DNA of 64,000 bases from Firmicutes bacterium UBA3570 (GTDB taxonomy: Bacteria > Bacillota > Sulfobacillia > UBA3561), in contig DFNJ01000035.1 of the NCBI GenBank assembly GCA_002376005.1, positions 20,062-84,061 on the forward strand, given 5' to 3'. Positions within the stretch are counted from its first letter, which is position 1. Each line of letters begins with the position of its first letter. The notes beneath the pieces are model-generated. The model had not been told where the DNA came from, searched no databases, and worked only from the letters and a program-made list of their open reading frames with translations. A program made the translations under genes and the position numbers. Shown here one piece after another: positions 10,007-20,324 of the stretch.

Positions 10007-10939
10007 TCACCGGTCAGGCTCCTGCCTTCGCAGCACGAGCAGCACCAGCTCCGGTCTGCACAACAACCGGACTGGAATCAAGGTTGTACCCAGTCCCACC
10101 GTCACGTGCAGCCAGTGGCCGTCCCGGCAGTACAGACCCCCTTCGAACCCCCCGCTTCCAGGAGGGAGCCATACCGCCCCCACCAGGGGCAGGCGGACCT
10201 GCCCCCCGTGGGTGTGGCCGGCCAGCACCAGTTGCACCCCCATGGCCGCAGCCTGAGGGAAAATTGCCGGGCAGTGGCTGAGGAGAAGGCACCAGCGCGC
10301 CTGCCTGCCCCTCAGGGCAGCCTCAAGATCGTCAAGTCCCAAGGTGGCATCATCCAGTCCAGCGACCCAGATCCGAGCCGGTCCCACTCTCAGCTCCTCG
10401 CCGCGATTGATCAGCACCTTGGCACCCAGAGCCACCAGGGCGTCCATCAATTCGCGGAACTCCGGCCGGGAGCGGTCGTGGTTCCCCGGCACCACGTAGG
10501 TGGGGGCGCGCGGGACCAGTCCCTCGATCAAGGCTATGGCCGGCAACATGCCTCCCGCGTGCATGTCCAGCAGGTCGCCGGTGACCGCCACCAGGTCAAA
10601 CCGCGTTCCCGACAGTGCCGCGAACAGTCGACGGTGCGACCTGCCCACCCACCTTCCGTGCAGATCCGACAGGTGCAGGATCCTCAGCCCGTCCAGTTCG
10701 CGGGGCAGCCCGGGCAGGGGCACCTCCACCGAACGCAACCGAACCTGACGTGTCTCCCAGCAGGTCCAGGCGGCAATGAAGCCGGCTCCCAACACGAAAA
10801 CGAGCGCACCCGCCGCCACCCTGGCCAGCCCGCTCCTTCCGCGCCTTCGGGAACGTCTGAGCCAACGGCCGCTCGCTGGGCTGTGGGCCCCCTGCTCCGC
10901 CGGGTTCCTCGCCTCCCACACCCCCTCACCGGCCAGCAA
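10007..10939 (-). CDS. Membrane-anchored metallophosphoesterase (calcineurin-like)
   Basis: N-terminal TM helix, then LHLSDLHG ... VAVTGDL ... GNHD phosphoesterase motifs. Confidence 0.75.
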   Translation of the reverse strand: MLAGEGVWEARNPAEQGAHSPASGRWLRRSRRRGRSGLARVAAGALVFVLGAGFIAAWTCWETRQVRLRSVEVPLPGLPRELDGLRILHLSDLHGRWVGRSHRRLFAALSGTRFDLVAVTGDLLDMHAGGMLPAIALIEGLVPRAPTYVVPGNHDRSRPEFRELMDALVALGAKVLINRGEELRVGPARIWVAGLDDATLGLDDLEAALRGRQARWCLLLSHCPAIFPQAAAMGVQLVLAGHTHGGQVRLPLVGAVWLPPGSGGFEGGLYCRDGHWLHVTVGLGTTLIPVRLLCRPELVLLVLRRQEPDR

Positions 10940-11040
10940 TTCGTTACCTTTCCTGCCGTTCCCTGCCCACTCAGCCCCTGAATGTCAACGTCCACCTGAT
11001 GGTTCAGGTGGACGCGTACCAGGGTGCAACCGCGCCCAGC

Positions 11041-11313
11041 TCACGGGGCCGGGATGTCTTCCGACTCTCCCGTCGCTCCCGAGGTGCCCTGGCTTTCCTT
11101 CTCTTCAGCCTTCGCCTTCTCCTTAAAATCCTTGCTGCGATAGTCAGTGGTGTGGAAGCCCGAGCCCTTGTAGATCACCACCAGGCTACGGGGGATGAGC
11201 CGCTTCAGCTCCTTACCCCCACACTTGGGGCAAACGGCGAGTGGCGGTTCGGTTATGCGTTGCTCAACTTCAAACTTGCCGCACTGCTGACATTTGTACT
11301 CGTAGATGGGCAT
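11041..11313 (-). CDS. FmdB-family zinc-ribbon protein
   Basis: MPIYEYKCQQCG ... CPKCGG, a CxxC...CxxC zinc ribbon. ATG at 11313 has a GGAGGTG RBS. The track ORF 11041..11445 is over-extended. Confidence 0.75.
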   Translation of the reverse strand: MPIYEYKCQQCGKFEVEQRITEPPLAVCPKCGGKELKRLIPRSLVVIYKGSGFHTTDYRSKDFKEKAKAEEKESQGTSGATGESEDIPAP

Positions 11314-11550
11314 GCTCACACCTCCCATTATGCTCAGCTGGTCCCCCGAGCGCCCTGCTGCTACAGTCACCCTGCGAAGCCCCGTGGCGCGGGCTCGATG
11401 TCGCTTCGCATCCCTTATGATAGCAAGTAAGGCGGGCTTGGGCAATCCGCCCCTGTCCGTGGGTCAATGGCTACCGAGCAGCCGGTAGGATATTGCCCAC
11501 GCCACTGCGAAAGGGTCAGTGTCAGGCCACATCAGAGGAGGAGGATTTCC

Positions 11551-12486
11551 TTGCTGCCGAAGGCGGAAGACGCACTGCAGGCCTTGGGTTTGCCCGCTCG
11601 GGACGCTTACCGGCTGCCCAGCTCCAGCCTGCGGTTCCCCGACGGGTGTCATTGGCGAGTGGAGATATCCGGGGTGGAGAGGCTTTCCACCCTGGAGGCG
11701 CTGCTGGAAGAGAGTGAGCGCCAGCAGATCCCGGTCCACCGGATCATCGCCATGGTCATGGGTGCTACCTATTTGGTCCCGGAGGAGCTGCGGGAGTTTG
11801 CGCGCCTGGCGCGGGACGCCGGCATCGAGGTCATCGTGACCCCCGGGCCGAGGCCGCTGTGGGATGCCGGCAAACAGGTCGCCACCCCGGAGGGTGCCCT
11901 CTCTGGCCTCAGGCTGCGGGGGGCCGATGGGTTGTGCCAGTACGTAGCGGACGTGATGAGGGCCGTAGATGTCGGTTTCCGGGGCTTCCTGGTCTGGGAT
12001 GAAGGATGCCTGTCGGTGATGAACCGCCTCCGCCAGGAGGTCCACCTGCCGGAGAACGTGGTGTTCAAGGTGTCGATCTTCGCTGGGCACGCCAACCCGG
12101 CGGGGGCTCGCCTGCTTGAGGAGCTGGGGGCCGATACCTTCAATCCGGTAGCCGACCTCACGCTCCCGCAGCTGGCCGCCCTCCGCCAGGCAGTGAGGAT
12201 CCCCATGGACATACACGTGATCCTGTTTGACTCCTTCGGCGGTCACAATCGGATGTACGAATGCCCGGAGCTGGCTCGGATCGCCGCCCCCTGCTACTTC
12301 AAAATCGAGCCCGGCCCGTCGGTGAGTACTTTCTACAAGCCCTGGGCTGCTCCAGAAACGCACCGCTTCGTCATTCGCGAAAAGGTAAAGATGGCCCGCA
12401 TAATCCGCGACATAGTGGTTGAAACATGCGGGGGCATCAAGTGCTCGCCCGCGGCTCCCGCTGATCTGGCGATACCGGAACCGTGA
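11551..12486 (+). CDS. Hypothetical TIM-barrel protein, possibly U32-peptidase-like
   Basis: TTG at 11551 follows GAGGAGGAGGA (6 nt spacing). The beta/alpha pattern (IEVIVTPGP ... FKVSIFAGHANPAGARLLEELGADTFNP ... MDIHVILFDSFGG) loosely parallels PrtC/U32 blocks, but the canonical Cys-rich U32 signature is not obvious. Confidence 0.4.
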   Translation: MLPKAEDALQALGLPARDAYRLPSSSLRFPDGCHWRVEISGVERLSTLEALLEESERQQIPVHRIIAMVMGATYLVPEELREFARLARDAGIEVIVTPGPRPLWDAGKQVATPEGALSGLRLRGADGLCQYVADVMRAVDVGFRGFLVWDEGCLSVMNRLRQEVHLPENVVFKVSIFAGHANPAGARLLEELGADTFNPVADLTLPQLAALRQAVRIPMDIHVILFDSFGGHNRMYECPELARIAAPCYFKIEPGPSVSTFYKPWAAPETHRFVIREKVKMARIIRDIVVETCGGIKCSPAAPADLAIPEP

Positions 12487-12508
12487 GCTAACAGGGAGGA
12501 GGTCGGCA

Positions 12509-13375
12509 ATGCCCAAGAAGACGGTGGTCGATTTCATGCAGATGAAGAAGGAGGGCCGCAAGGTGGTCTTCCTCACCGCGTATGATGCCATGTTGGCACG
12601 GCTGGAGGAGGAAGCAGGGGTGGACATGATCCTGGTGGGGGACTCAGTAGGCAACACCCTGCTGGGCTACGAGACCACCCTGCCGGTCACCATGGAGGAG
12701 ATGCTCATCTTCACCAGGGCGGTGCGCCGGGGAGCCCCCAACACCTTCGTCATCGGCGATATGCCCTTCATGTCGTATCAGTGCAGTATCCGCGAGGCAG
12801 TGCTGAACGCCGGACGTTTCGTGAAGGAAGCAGGTGCCGACGCCATCAAACTGGAGGGCGGGCGCCGCGTCGCACCTCAGGTCAAAGCCATCGCCGAGGC
12901 GGGGATGCTGGTGATGGGACACATTGGCTTGACGCCGCAGTCGGCGGCCCAGTTCGGGGGATGGAGGGCACAGGGACGCGACGCAGAATCGGCCCTCAAG
13001 TTGCTGGAGGATGCCGTAGCGCTGGAGGAGGCCGGTGCATTCGCGGTGCTGGTGGAGGGAGTTCCCGGAGCGGTCACCGCCGAGATCACCCGTCGGCTCT
13101 CCATCCCGGTGTACGGCATTGGTGCGGGGAAGCCCTGTGACGGGCAGCTGCTGATAGTGTACGATTTGCTGGGACTGTATGAGGTGTTTCAGCCCAAGTT
13201 CGTCAAGCGATATGGGCACCTGGCCCGCGAGGTGGTGGCGATGCTCCGGCAGTACGCCGAAGAGGTGCGCCAGGGCATCTTCCCGGGCCCCGAACACGAC
13301 TACGGCATTCCGCCCGACCAGCTGGACCGCTTTCGCCAGGCCATCGCCGGCGGTCTCCCGCGCAGCTCGGAGTGA
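12509..13375 (+). CDS. panB: 3-methyl-2-oxobutanoate hydroxymethyltransferase (ketopantoate hydroxymethyltransferase)
   Basis: MPKKTVVDFMQMKKEGRKVVFLTAYDA...ILVGDSVG is a classic PanB N-terminus. ATG at 12509 with a GGGAGGAGG RBS. Confidence 0.9.
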   Translation: MPKKTVVDFMQMKKEGRKVVFLTAYDAMLARLEEEAGVDMILVGDSVGNTLLGYETTLPVTMEEMLIFTRAVRRGAPNTFVIGDMPFMSYQCSIREAVLNAGRFVKEAGADAIKLEGGRRVAPQVKAIAEAGMLVMGHIGLTPQSAAQFGGWRAQGRDAESALKLLEDAVALEEAGAFAVLVEGVPGAVTAEITRRLSIPVYGIGAGKPCDGQLLIVYDLLGLYEVFQPKFVKRYGHLAREVVAMLRQYAEEVRQGIFPGPEHDYGIPPDQLDRFRQAIAGGLPRSSE

Positions 13376-13380
13376 GGAGC

Positions 13381-14370
13381 ATGCAGCGACCCCGGGTAGT
13401 GGACATACACTGCCACTTCTACCCCCAGGAGTACCTCCACGAGCTGGCTTCCGGGCGCGGTGCCGTCAGCGCCCAGTGGAGCCAAGGCGGCGAGGCCATC
13501 ATCCATTACGCAGGCGACTACAACGTGGTGGTCCCCGCCCACTGGGACCCGGAGGTGAGGCTACAGGAAATGGATCGGGAGGGCGTGGACCTCCACGTCC
13601 TCAGCCTCACCACCCCCGGGGTACACATCGAGGAGGCCCAACGCGGCCGTGACCTGGCTCGCCTGGTGAATAGTTGCTTCCTGGAGCTGTGTCGGAAATT
13701 CCCCGACCGGTTCGCGGCGTTGGCGGCCATTCCCTGGCAGGATCCCAATGCAGCGGCCGACGAGCTGCGCTGGGCGGCCAAAGAGGGATTAGCGGGTGTT
13801 ATGCTCTTCTCCAACATCAACGGCAACTACCCGGATCACCCCGATATCGCAGGAGTACTCCAGGAGGCAGCTCGTCTTAAGATGCCCGTTTTCCTGCATC
13901 CCGCCACCCCACCTGACCCCGCACCTTACGAGGTGCACCGGCTGGTCCCTCTGCTGGGATTTCCCTTCGACACCACGCTGGCGGTGGTACGTCTCCTGTT
14001 CAGCGGCAGCTGGCCTGCGAACCTGCGGCTCATCGTGGCCCACCTGGGAGGCACCATACCTTACCTGGCGGAACGTCTGGACAGGGGCTGGCGGGCGTAC
14101 GGCGAGCTGTACCCCAAGTCACGGACCATGCCCTCCTCGTTGCTGGCCCAGCTCTACTACGATACGGTCAATTTCGCCCCGGAAGCCCTTCGGCTGGCCC
14201 TGGATTTCTGCGGCTCGCAACGGCTGCTGTTCGGCAGCGACTACCCGCATCAGATAGGCAGCATGGCCGGCGCCCTGAGGGCAGTCCATCAACTGGCGTT
14301 ACTGCCCACACAACGGCGCCAGGTGCTGGGAGAAAACGCGCTGCATCTGCTGCGGATGTCCCTCCATTGA
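13381..14370 (+). CDS. Amidohydrolase-2 family metal-dependent hydrolase (ACMSD-like)
   Basis: VVDIHCHFYPQEY ... HLGGTIPY ... FGSDYPH motifs of PF04909. Starts 6 nt after the panB stop. Confidence 0.75.
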   Translation: MQRPRVVDIHCHFYPQEYLHELASGRGAVSAQWSQGGEAIIHYAGDYNVVVPAHWDPEVRLQEMDREGVDLHVLSLTTPGVHIEEAQRGRDLARLVNSCFLELCRKFPDRFAALAAIPWQDPNAAADELRWAAKEGLAGVMLFSNINGNYPDHPDIAGVLQEAARLKMPVFLHPATPPDPAPYEVHRLVPLLGFPFDTTLAVVRLLFSGSWPANLRLIVAHLGGTIPYLAERLDRGWRAYGELYPKSRTMPSSLLAQLYYDTVNFAPEALRLALDFCGSQRLLFGSDYPHQIGSMAGALRAVHQLALLPTQRRQVLGENALHLLRMSLH

Positions 14371-14482
14371 ACGAGACATGTGCGTAAATAGCGCCGCGGC
14401 TCCCCGCGGCGCCATCTTTTCGACGGCCGGAGCAGCTGGGCATCTGAAATGGGCAAAATAACACGCGGAGGTTGGTGGTCAC

Positions 14483-15283
14483 TTGGCCAGGCTGCTCAGT
14501 CGAGCGGGCAGGGAGCTGGTCCGCCATCTCCCGTACACGGCGACAAGTGCAATCTGTGGACTGGCATTGATTGCCGTGGCCCGGCTCACGGTCCCCGTGG
14601 GTATTGCCACTTTCGGGGCACTGCTTTCCCGGCTGTTCCACGTGTTGCATCCGCTGCACATGCTGTTCAGCTCGGCCGCGACCAGCGCCGTGTACTTCCG
14701 GTACCGACCCAGCCCGGTGGGTGCGTGGGTGGTGGGCCTGTTAGCCGGCATAGGCGTGTGCACGGTGAGCGACGCCCTGCTGCCCTTCGCGGGGGCCCAA
14801 GCGCTGGGGCTCGCTCCCGAGCTGCATCTGTGCCTGATGGAGCACTGGCACCTCTCGGTCCTGGCCGCGGGGTTGGGGGCCGGGAGCGGAATCCTGTGGA
14901 TTGCGCGCACGGGGAAGCCGACCTATCTGCCGCATTCCGCCCACGTGCTGGTGAGCAGCATGGCCTCAGTGACCTACCTCACGTCGTACAGCACCTGGAA
15001 GTGGTCCGTACACATCCTCGGTCTCGCTCTGGTCGCCACCGTCGCGGTACTGGTGCCCTGCTGTTTCAGCGATGTGGTGCTTCCGGTCCTGGCTGCCGGC
15101 GCAGGCGGAGACCAAATCACCAACGTGACCAAGACCAGCAGCTCGGCACGTCCGGCCCGGAATCGCCGCCCGGGAAGCCGGAAAGGAGCGAAGCCTAACC
15201 AGGGCATCAGCGCTCCTCGTGGAGGGATCACTGCCTCAGCCGCGGGTCAAGAGCATCCCGGAGGCCGTCCCCGAAGAGGTTGA
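14483..15283 (+). CDS. Hypothetical His-rich polytopic membrane protein
   Basis: Five to six hydrophobic segments with recurrent His residues (HVLHPLHM, EHWHLS, HSAHVL). The last 55 nt convergently overlap oppC and the C-terminal tail is low complexity, so the true end is uncertain. Confidence 0.4.
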   Translation: MARLLSRAGRELVRHLPYTATSAICGLALIAVARLTVPVGIATFGALLSRLFHVLHPLHMLFSSAATSAVYFRYRPSPVGAWVVGLLAGIGVCTVSDALLPFAGAQALGLAPELHLCLMEHWHLSVLAAGLGAGSGILWIARTGKPTYLPHSAHVLVSSMASVTYLTSYSTWKWSVHILGLALVATVAVLVPCCFSDVVLPVLAAGAGGDQITNVTKTSSSARPARNRRPGSRKGAKPNQGISAPRGGITASAAGQEHPGGRPRRG

Positions 15284-16118
15284 AGCCCAGGATGACCATG
15301 GTGATGACAGCCCCCGGTCCCAGGACAAGCCAGGGCGCCTTAAGCATGTATCGCCTTCCCTCGTTGATGAGCATGCCCCATTCCGGCTGCGGGGGCTGGG
15401 CACCGAGGCCGAGGAAGCTCAGGGCGGCTGCGGACAAGACGCAGCTGGCTAGACCAAAAGTGATCATTACGATCAGGGGGGCCATGATGTTTGGCATCAC
15501 GTGATGTACCAGGATCCTCACATCGCTGCTTCCCAGAGCGCGCGCGGCCTGTACGTATTCGTTCTCCTTCACCGACAGGGTCGCACCGCGCACGACGCGT
15601 GCGTAGCCGGGGATCCCTCCGATCCCAACGGCAATCATGACGTTCTGCAATCCCGGGCCAAGGGTAGCCACTATGGTGATGGAAAGGAGTAAGCCGGGGA
15701 ACGCCAGCAGGATGTCTATGAACCTCATGATCAGGTTGTCCAGGCGCGGGTAGAAGGCGGCCAACAAACCCAGCACAGTTCCTCCGGTCAGTCCGATGCC
15801 CACAGCGATGAAGCCCACCGAAAGGGACAGACGAGAACCGGCGATTATGCGACTCAGGACGTCTCGACCGAGCCAATCGGTTCCCATGGGATGCCGTAGG
15901 GAAGGAGGCGCTAGTATTCGGGAGTAGTCAACTTGCAACGGATCGTGGGGGCAGATGTAGGGAGCCAGGATTGCCATCAGCAGGAAGAATAGGACGACCA
16001 CCATCCCTGCTACCGCACCGCGGTTGCGGCGCAGTTGCATCCATACACCTCGCACACTGAAGACGCTGGGTGCCATTTCAGCTTCGGCGTATGACGCGCG
16101 ACTGTCCCGTGCCGTCAA
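15228..16118 (-). CDS. Oligopeptide/dipeptide ABC transporter permease (OppC/DppC type)
   Basis: Typical OppC N-terminus (MQLRRNRGAVAGMVVVLFFLLMAILAPYI) and EAA-type permease core. The start may be an internal codon. Confidence 0.8.
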   Translation of the reverse strand: MTARDSRASYAEAEMAPSVFSVRGVWMQLRRNRGAVAGMVVVLFFLLMAILAPYICPHDPLQVDYSRILAPPSLRHPMGTDWLGRDVLSRIIAGSRLSLSVGFIAVGIGLTGGTVLGLLAAFYPRLDNLIMRFIDILLAFPGLLLSITIVATLGPGLQNVMIAVGIGGIPGYARVVRGATLSVKENEYVQAARALGSSDVRILVHHVMPNIMAPLIVMITFGLASCVLSAAALSFLGLGAQPPQPEWGMLINEGRRYMLKAPWLVLGPGAVITMVILGFNLFGDGLRDALDPRLRQ

Positions 16119-16133
16119 GTGGCTCCCCTTCCT

Positions 16134-17081
16134 TCAATCATAACGAATGCGCGGGTCCAGGTAGGCGTAAAGCAGGTCCACCGCCAGGTTGCACATGACG
16201 AATATCACCGCCATCATGAGGGCTATGGCCTGGATGACCGGGATATCTCTGTTGAAGATGGCCAGGACGGCGAACCGGCCCACGCCTGGACGCGCGAATA
16301 TAGTCTCGGTGATGAAGGCTCCCCCGAGGAGTCCTCCAAACTGCAGACCCACCACCGTGGCCACCGGGATCACCGCGTTCTTGAGGGCGTGCTTGTACAC
16401 AACCACCCGCTCCGCCAACCCCTTGGCCCGTGCCGTCCGTATGTAATCCTGACGCAGCACCTCCAGGGTGCTCGACCGGCTGAGCCGGGCGAGAATCGCC
16501 GCGCTGCGAGCCCCCAGCGACACCGCCGGGAGCACCAGGGAGAGGAACCCTTCCCAGGTCCACGGAGGGCCAGCTCTCCCAAAGACCGGGAAAAGCTTCA
16601 GAGACATGGCAAAGATCAGCTGAAGCAACAGGGCGAAGAAGAAGCTAGGCATGCACACCCAGATCAGGGCACCCACCATGCACGTGTAGTCCAGTACCGA
16701 GTTCTGCTTGACCGCCGATAACACCCCGAGAGGGATTCCCAGTCCCACCGCCACCAGCAGCGACGCTACCGTGAGCTCTATCGTCATCGGCCATCTGGAT
16801 AGAATCTCATTCTTAACCAGGCGGTTGGTGCGTATTGACCGACCGAAGTCCAGGCGCAGTACGTTGGCCGCGTAACGGAAGTATTGGATGTGCAGGGGCT
16901 GATCGAGTCCCAGGCGCGCCCGAATGCGCGCAACGTCCTCCGCGGTGCCGTAATCCGGCATCATGAGGTCCACCGGATCACCCGGCGCTATGTGAATCAT
17001 GAGGAAAGTAGCAACCGAGACTCCCACCAGCACGGGAAACAGCATCAATGCTCTGCGAGCTATGTAAGTACGCACGGCCAA
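16134..17081 (-). CDS. Oligopeptide/dipeptide ABC transporter permease (OppB/DppB type)
   Basis: MAVRTYIARRALMLFPVLVGVSVATFLMIHIAPGDP is a canonical OppB/DppB N-terminus. Confidence 0.85.
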   Translation of the reverse strand: MAVRTYIARRALMLFPVLVGVSVATFLMIHIAPGDPVDLMMPDYGTAEDVARIRARLGLDQPLHIQYFRYAANVLRLDFGRSIRTNRLVKNEILSRWPMTIELTVASLLVAVGLGIPLGVLSAVKQNSVLDYTCMVGALIWVCMPSFFFALLLQLIFAMSLKLFPVFGRAGPPWTWEGFLSLVLPAVSLGARSAAILARLSRSSTLEVLRQDYIRTARAKGLAERVVVYKHALKNAVIPVATVVGLQFGGLLGGAFITETIFARPGVGRFAVLAIFNRDIPVIQAIALMMAVIFVMCNLAVDLLYAYLDPRIRYD

Positions 17082-17135
17082 CCCCCTCAGGAGGGCGGGG
17101 GCACACCCCCCGCCCTCCGCTCCTCTCCACCCGGT

Positions 17136-18761
17136 CTACTTGGTGGCAGGTACCTCCTTGTATGCGTCGTGCAGCCAGTACGCGCCTCTCGGTCCCAGCT
17201 TGAACCCTTTCACTTCCGCCCGTACTCCGGTGCACGCTATGGGGGTGTACAGCGGTATCCACGGCGCATCCCTGATGATGATGCTCTGGATCTGCCGGTA
17301 GATTGCGAACCGCTCGTCGGCATCGACAACGGTTCGAGCCTTCTCCAGCAACTGGTCAACTTGCGGGTTGACGTAGTGCACGCGATTGGTCCGATCCAAC
17401 CGGGAGCTGTGGAAGAAGTAGTACAGGATGTCCGGATCAGACCACCCGTACGCAATCAGGATGGCATCGTGCTCCCCTTTGGGCGTTGCCGCAAGAAGAG
17501 TGGCAGATTCCAGTGTCTTGATCTTGACCTTTATGCCGGCCTTGATGATCTGCTCGCGGACCACCTCGGCCAGCCGCGGGTAAGGGTCGGAGTTGTAGGT
17601 CATTATTTCCAGGACCAGCGGTTTTCCGTCCTTATCAACCCACCCGTCGCCGTCGGTGTCCCGGTAGCCGGCTTCGGCCAGCAACGTCTTGGCCCGCTCG
17701 ATGTCCCGCGGATACACGACCTCCTCTATGAGGCTGGGCTCGTAACCGAACACCGCCGTGGAGATGGGCGTGGGATTGGGCACGCCCATGCCGTTCAGAG
17801 CAACGTTGACGATCTCTTCCCGATCCACGATGTGTGCCACCGCCTGCCGCAGGCGGGCATCCGACCAGGGTGCTTTGCTGCTGTTGATCCCCAGGTACAC
17901 CACGCTGGAAGTCTCCGCCTCGTACACTTCCACATTGGGCTTGGCCTTCATGTCTTCCACCGCGTGGGTCGGTATGCCGACGATGTCTATTTCAGCGTTC
18001 TCTAGTGCCAGCAGCCTGGTCATCTCATCGGGCATGTTGTAGAAGATCACTTTCTCAAAGTAAGCCGGACCTTTGTTCTCATACCAGAAGGGCGGCCACT
18101 TGTAATTGGGATTTCGCACCAGGGTGATGCGGTCCCCCGCCTCCCAGGCTTCAAACATGAAGGGCCCGGTACCCACCGCGGCTTTCTGCCCGTAATCGTC
18201 GCCGTATTTCTGGATGGCAGCCGGCGACTGAATGGCAAGGAACTCGGTGGACAACGAGTACAAGAAGGGCGAGTAAGGTTCCTTGAAGATGACCTTAACC
18301 GTGTACTTGTCGATGACCTCCGTGCGCTCGTACGGGCCTAACCAGGTCGCACCCGGTGACGCCAGGTCGGGGTTTGCCAGTCGGTCGAAGTTGAACTTCA
18401 CCGCCTCGGCATCGAACTCGGTACCGTCGTGGAAGGTCACGCCCTTCCTCAGGTAAAAGGTGATCTCCCGCCCTCCGGCACCAACCTCCCAGGATTCTGC
18501 CAAATGCCCGTGGTACTGCCGGTCGGGGCCGAATACCACCAAGGTGTCATAGATCAGCGAATGAACCAGCCCGACGGAAGGCGTAAGGTGCACGTCCAGC
18601 GACGTGGGGTCGCTGGAGTACGTGATGCGCAGCGTGCCTCCCTTGACGATCTCGGGCTCCGTCGGCTTGGCCTCCTCCGTCTTCCTGGCGCAACCCGCTA
18701 GTAGCACCATGACCATTGCCAGAACCAGAGCCAGCCACTTCCCCGCAACCTTCGTACTCAT
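17136..18761 (-). CDS. ABC transporter substrate-binding lipoprotein, family 5 (peptide/nickel)
   Basis: Signal peptide with a lipobox (LLAGC). 541 aa with SBP family-5 composition. Sits upstream of the two permeases. Confidence 0.85.
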   Translation of the reverse strand: MSTKVAGKWLALVLAMVMVLLAGCARKTEEAKPTEPEIVKGGTLRITYSSDPTSLDVHLTPSVGLVHSLIYDTLVVFGPDRQYHGHLAESWEVGAGGREITFYLRKGVTFHDGTEFDAEAVKFNFDRLANPDLASPGATWLGPYERTEVIDKYTVKVIFKEPYSPFLYSLSTEFLAIQSPAAIQKYGDDYGQKAAVGTGPFMFEAWEAGDRITLVRNPNYKWPPFWYENKGPAYFEKVIFYNMPDEMTRLLALENAEIDIVGIPTHAVEDMKAKPNVEVYEAETSSVVYLGINSSKAPWSDARLRQAVAHIVDREEIVNVALNGMGVPNPTPISTAVFGYEPSLIEEVVYPRDIERAKTLLAEAGYRDTDGDGWVDKDGKPLVLEIMTYNSDPYPRLAEVVREQIIKAGIKVKIKTLESATLLAATPKGEHDAILIAYGWSDPDILYYFFHSSRLDRTNRVHYVNPQVDQLLEKARTVVDADERFAIYRQIQSIIIRDAPWIPLYTPIACTGVRAEVKGFKLGPRGAYWLHDAYKEVPATK

Positions 18762-18911
18762 TTACGTTCCCCCCTCAAGCATTCACAGCCATGATCTCAC
18801 GTTGCCCGTATTGCCCACAGGATCCGACCACCACCCCCTCCTCGCGCGGCGGCGTGCTGCTGCCCTGACCACGTAGGCAGCATCACGCCCCCCGGTGCCT
18901 GCGGATACAGG

Positions 18912-20288
18912 TCAGGCGGTACGCGCACCCCACTCCGCCACGTACCGCGCCACATATAGCGCGCTGGCCAGCTGGACCGTCACCAGCTTCTTGATGGGTA
19001 TCACGGTGTAGTTGAGCTCACCCTCCAAGGTTTCCGCCTCCCGCAACAGCTCGTCCAGCGCCTGCCGAAAGCGCAGCTTCAACCCTCCATCATCGGTCCG
19101 ATCCTCCAGTTCCATCTCCAGCATGCGGGCATAAAGCCCGCGGGCCAGCAGGTGGCCAAACCTGGTGAGCAGGAGATTGTCGAATTCTTCCGCTACCGTG
19201 GCCGTGCGCTGAAGCTCGGGAGCCTCAAGTGCCCAGCGGCGCATGGCTTCCAACCAGTGCGGTACTTGCTGAAACTGATGTTCCAGGCTAACCCTGAAGG
19301 GATTGTCCTCCCGCACCATGTCCCGCACCTGGTCGTAGTGCTCCCTCAGGCGGCAGAAGAACTTGGCGGCCAGTTCCACCGACCGGAGCACCGCATCAGA
19401 TCGCCTCATGGTACCGGGCGACTGATCATCGATCCGCGGATCGTAAAAATACGGCAGCTCGCACACCAGAGCGAAGGTATCAGCCAGGCGCTTTGCGTAA
19501 TCCACGCTGGAAGTCCCAGCGGTGATCACCTCGGTGGGATCTCTTTCGGAATATCGCTCGAGATACTCATACGTGTCTCTGGTGGAGGGCATGCGGTAGA
19601 TTGCTTCCGCCAGTTTCTGGGCGTAAGGCATTTCCGGTTCCCCCAGCTGCAGGGGAAGTCCGTGCCCCCGGGCCAGGCCCTGCAGCAATGGGTAGATCTC
19701 AGGAGCGGGATCCGAAAGGTAGTAGTAAACCCCACCGAAGCCTGCATTGTGCAGGGAGAAGATGAAGTGGGGTCTGACCTCCTCCATCACCCGCATCAGG
19801 GCCCGAGTCTCCGGCATGGGATCGCGCCAGTTGAGCTTCTTATACGTGATGGGGAAAGTCCACTCCACCTGCTGGAACAAGGGCGGTCGGTAGTAATGGC
19901 GGGCATAGTTATGAAGAGTGAAAGGTCCTCCGAACCAACCCTCGTTCAGGCGGGTGCCGTCGGGATCGATGCATTTGATCAAGTACCAGGTGTAATCCAT
20001 GCCGTCCCGCAGGTCGCGGTCTTCCGCCAGCCGCCATGACAGGTACTCGAGCATCATGGCGCCAATCGGTTCGTTGGGGTGGGGACATCCGAACAGAAGG
20101 GCCCGATACCTGCCCTCCCCCACGCGCAGGCACAGTATCGGGTGACCCTTGCGGGAGCGACCCACCTCCCGCAGCGAGACCACTTCCGGATGCTGCTCGG
20201 CCAGACGCCGAGTACTGGCATCCATCTCGTCTACGGTCAGGAAACGGTCGTATTCGGGCACTTCGACGATTACTCGGTCCAGGTCCAA
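18912..20288 (-). CDS. M14-family zinc carboxypeptidase
   Basis: HPNEP (HxxE) zinc-binding motif about 70 aa from the N-terminus, and a long C-terminal domain. Confidence 0.7.
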   Translation of the reverse strand: MDLDRVIVEVPEYDRFLTVDEMDASTRRLAEQHPEVVSLREVGRSRKGHPILCLRVGEGRYRALLFGCPHPNEPIGAMMLEYLSWRLAEDRDLRDGMDYTWYLIKCIDPDGTRLNEGWFGGPFTLHNYARHYYRPPLFQQVEWTFPITYKKLNWRDPMPETRALMRVMEEVRPHFIFSLHNAGFGGVYYYLSDPAPEIYPLLQGLARGHGLPLQLGEPEMPYAQKLAEAIYRMPSTRDTYEYLERYSERDPTEVITAGTSSVDYAKRLADTFALVCELPYFYDPRIDDQSPGTMRRSDAVLRSVELAAKFFCRLREHYDQVRDMVREDNPFRVSLEHQFQQVPHWLEAMRRWALEAPELQRTATVAEEFDNLLLTRFGHLLARGLYARMLEMELEDRTDDGGLKLRFRQALDELLREAETLEGELNYTVIPIKKLVTVQLASALYVARYVAEWGARTA

Positions 20289-20324
20289 ACTCCATCTGCC
20301 TCCTTTCAGCCTCGAGCACGGTAT

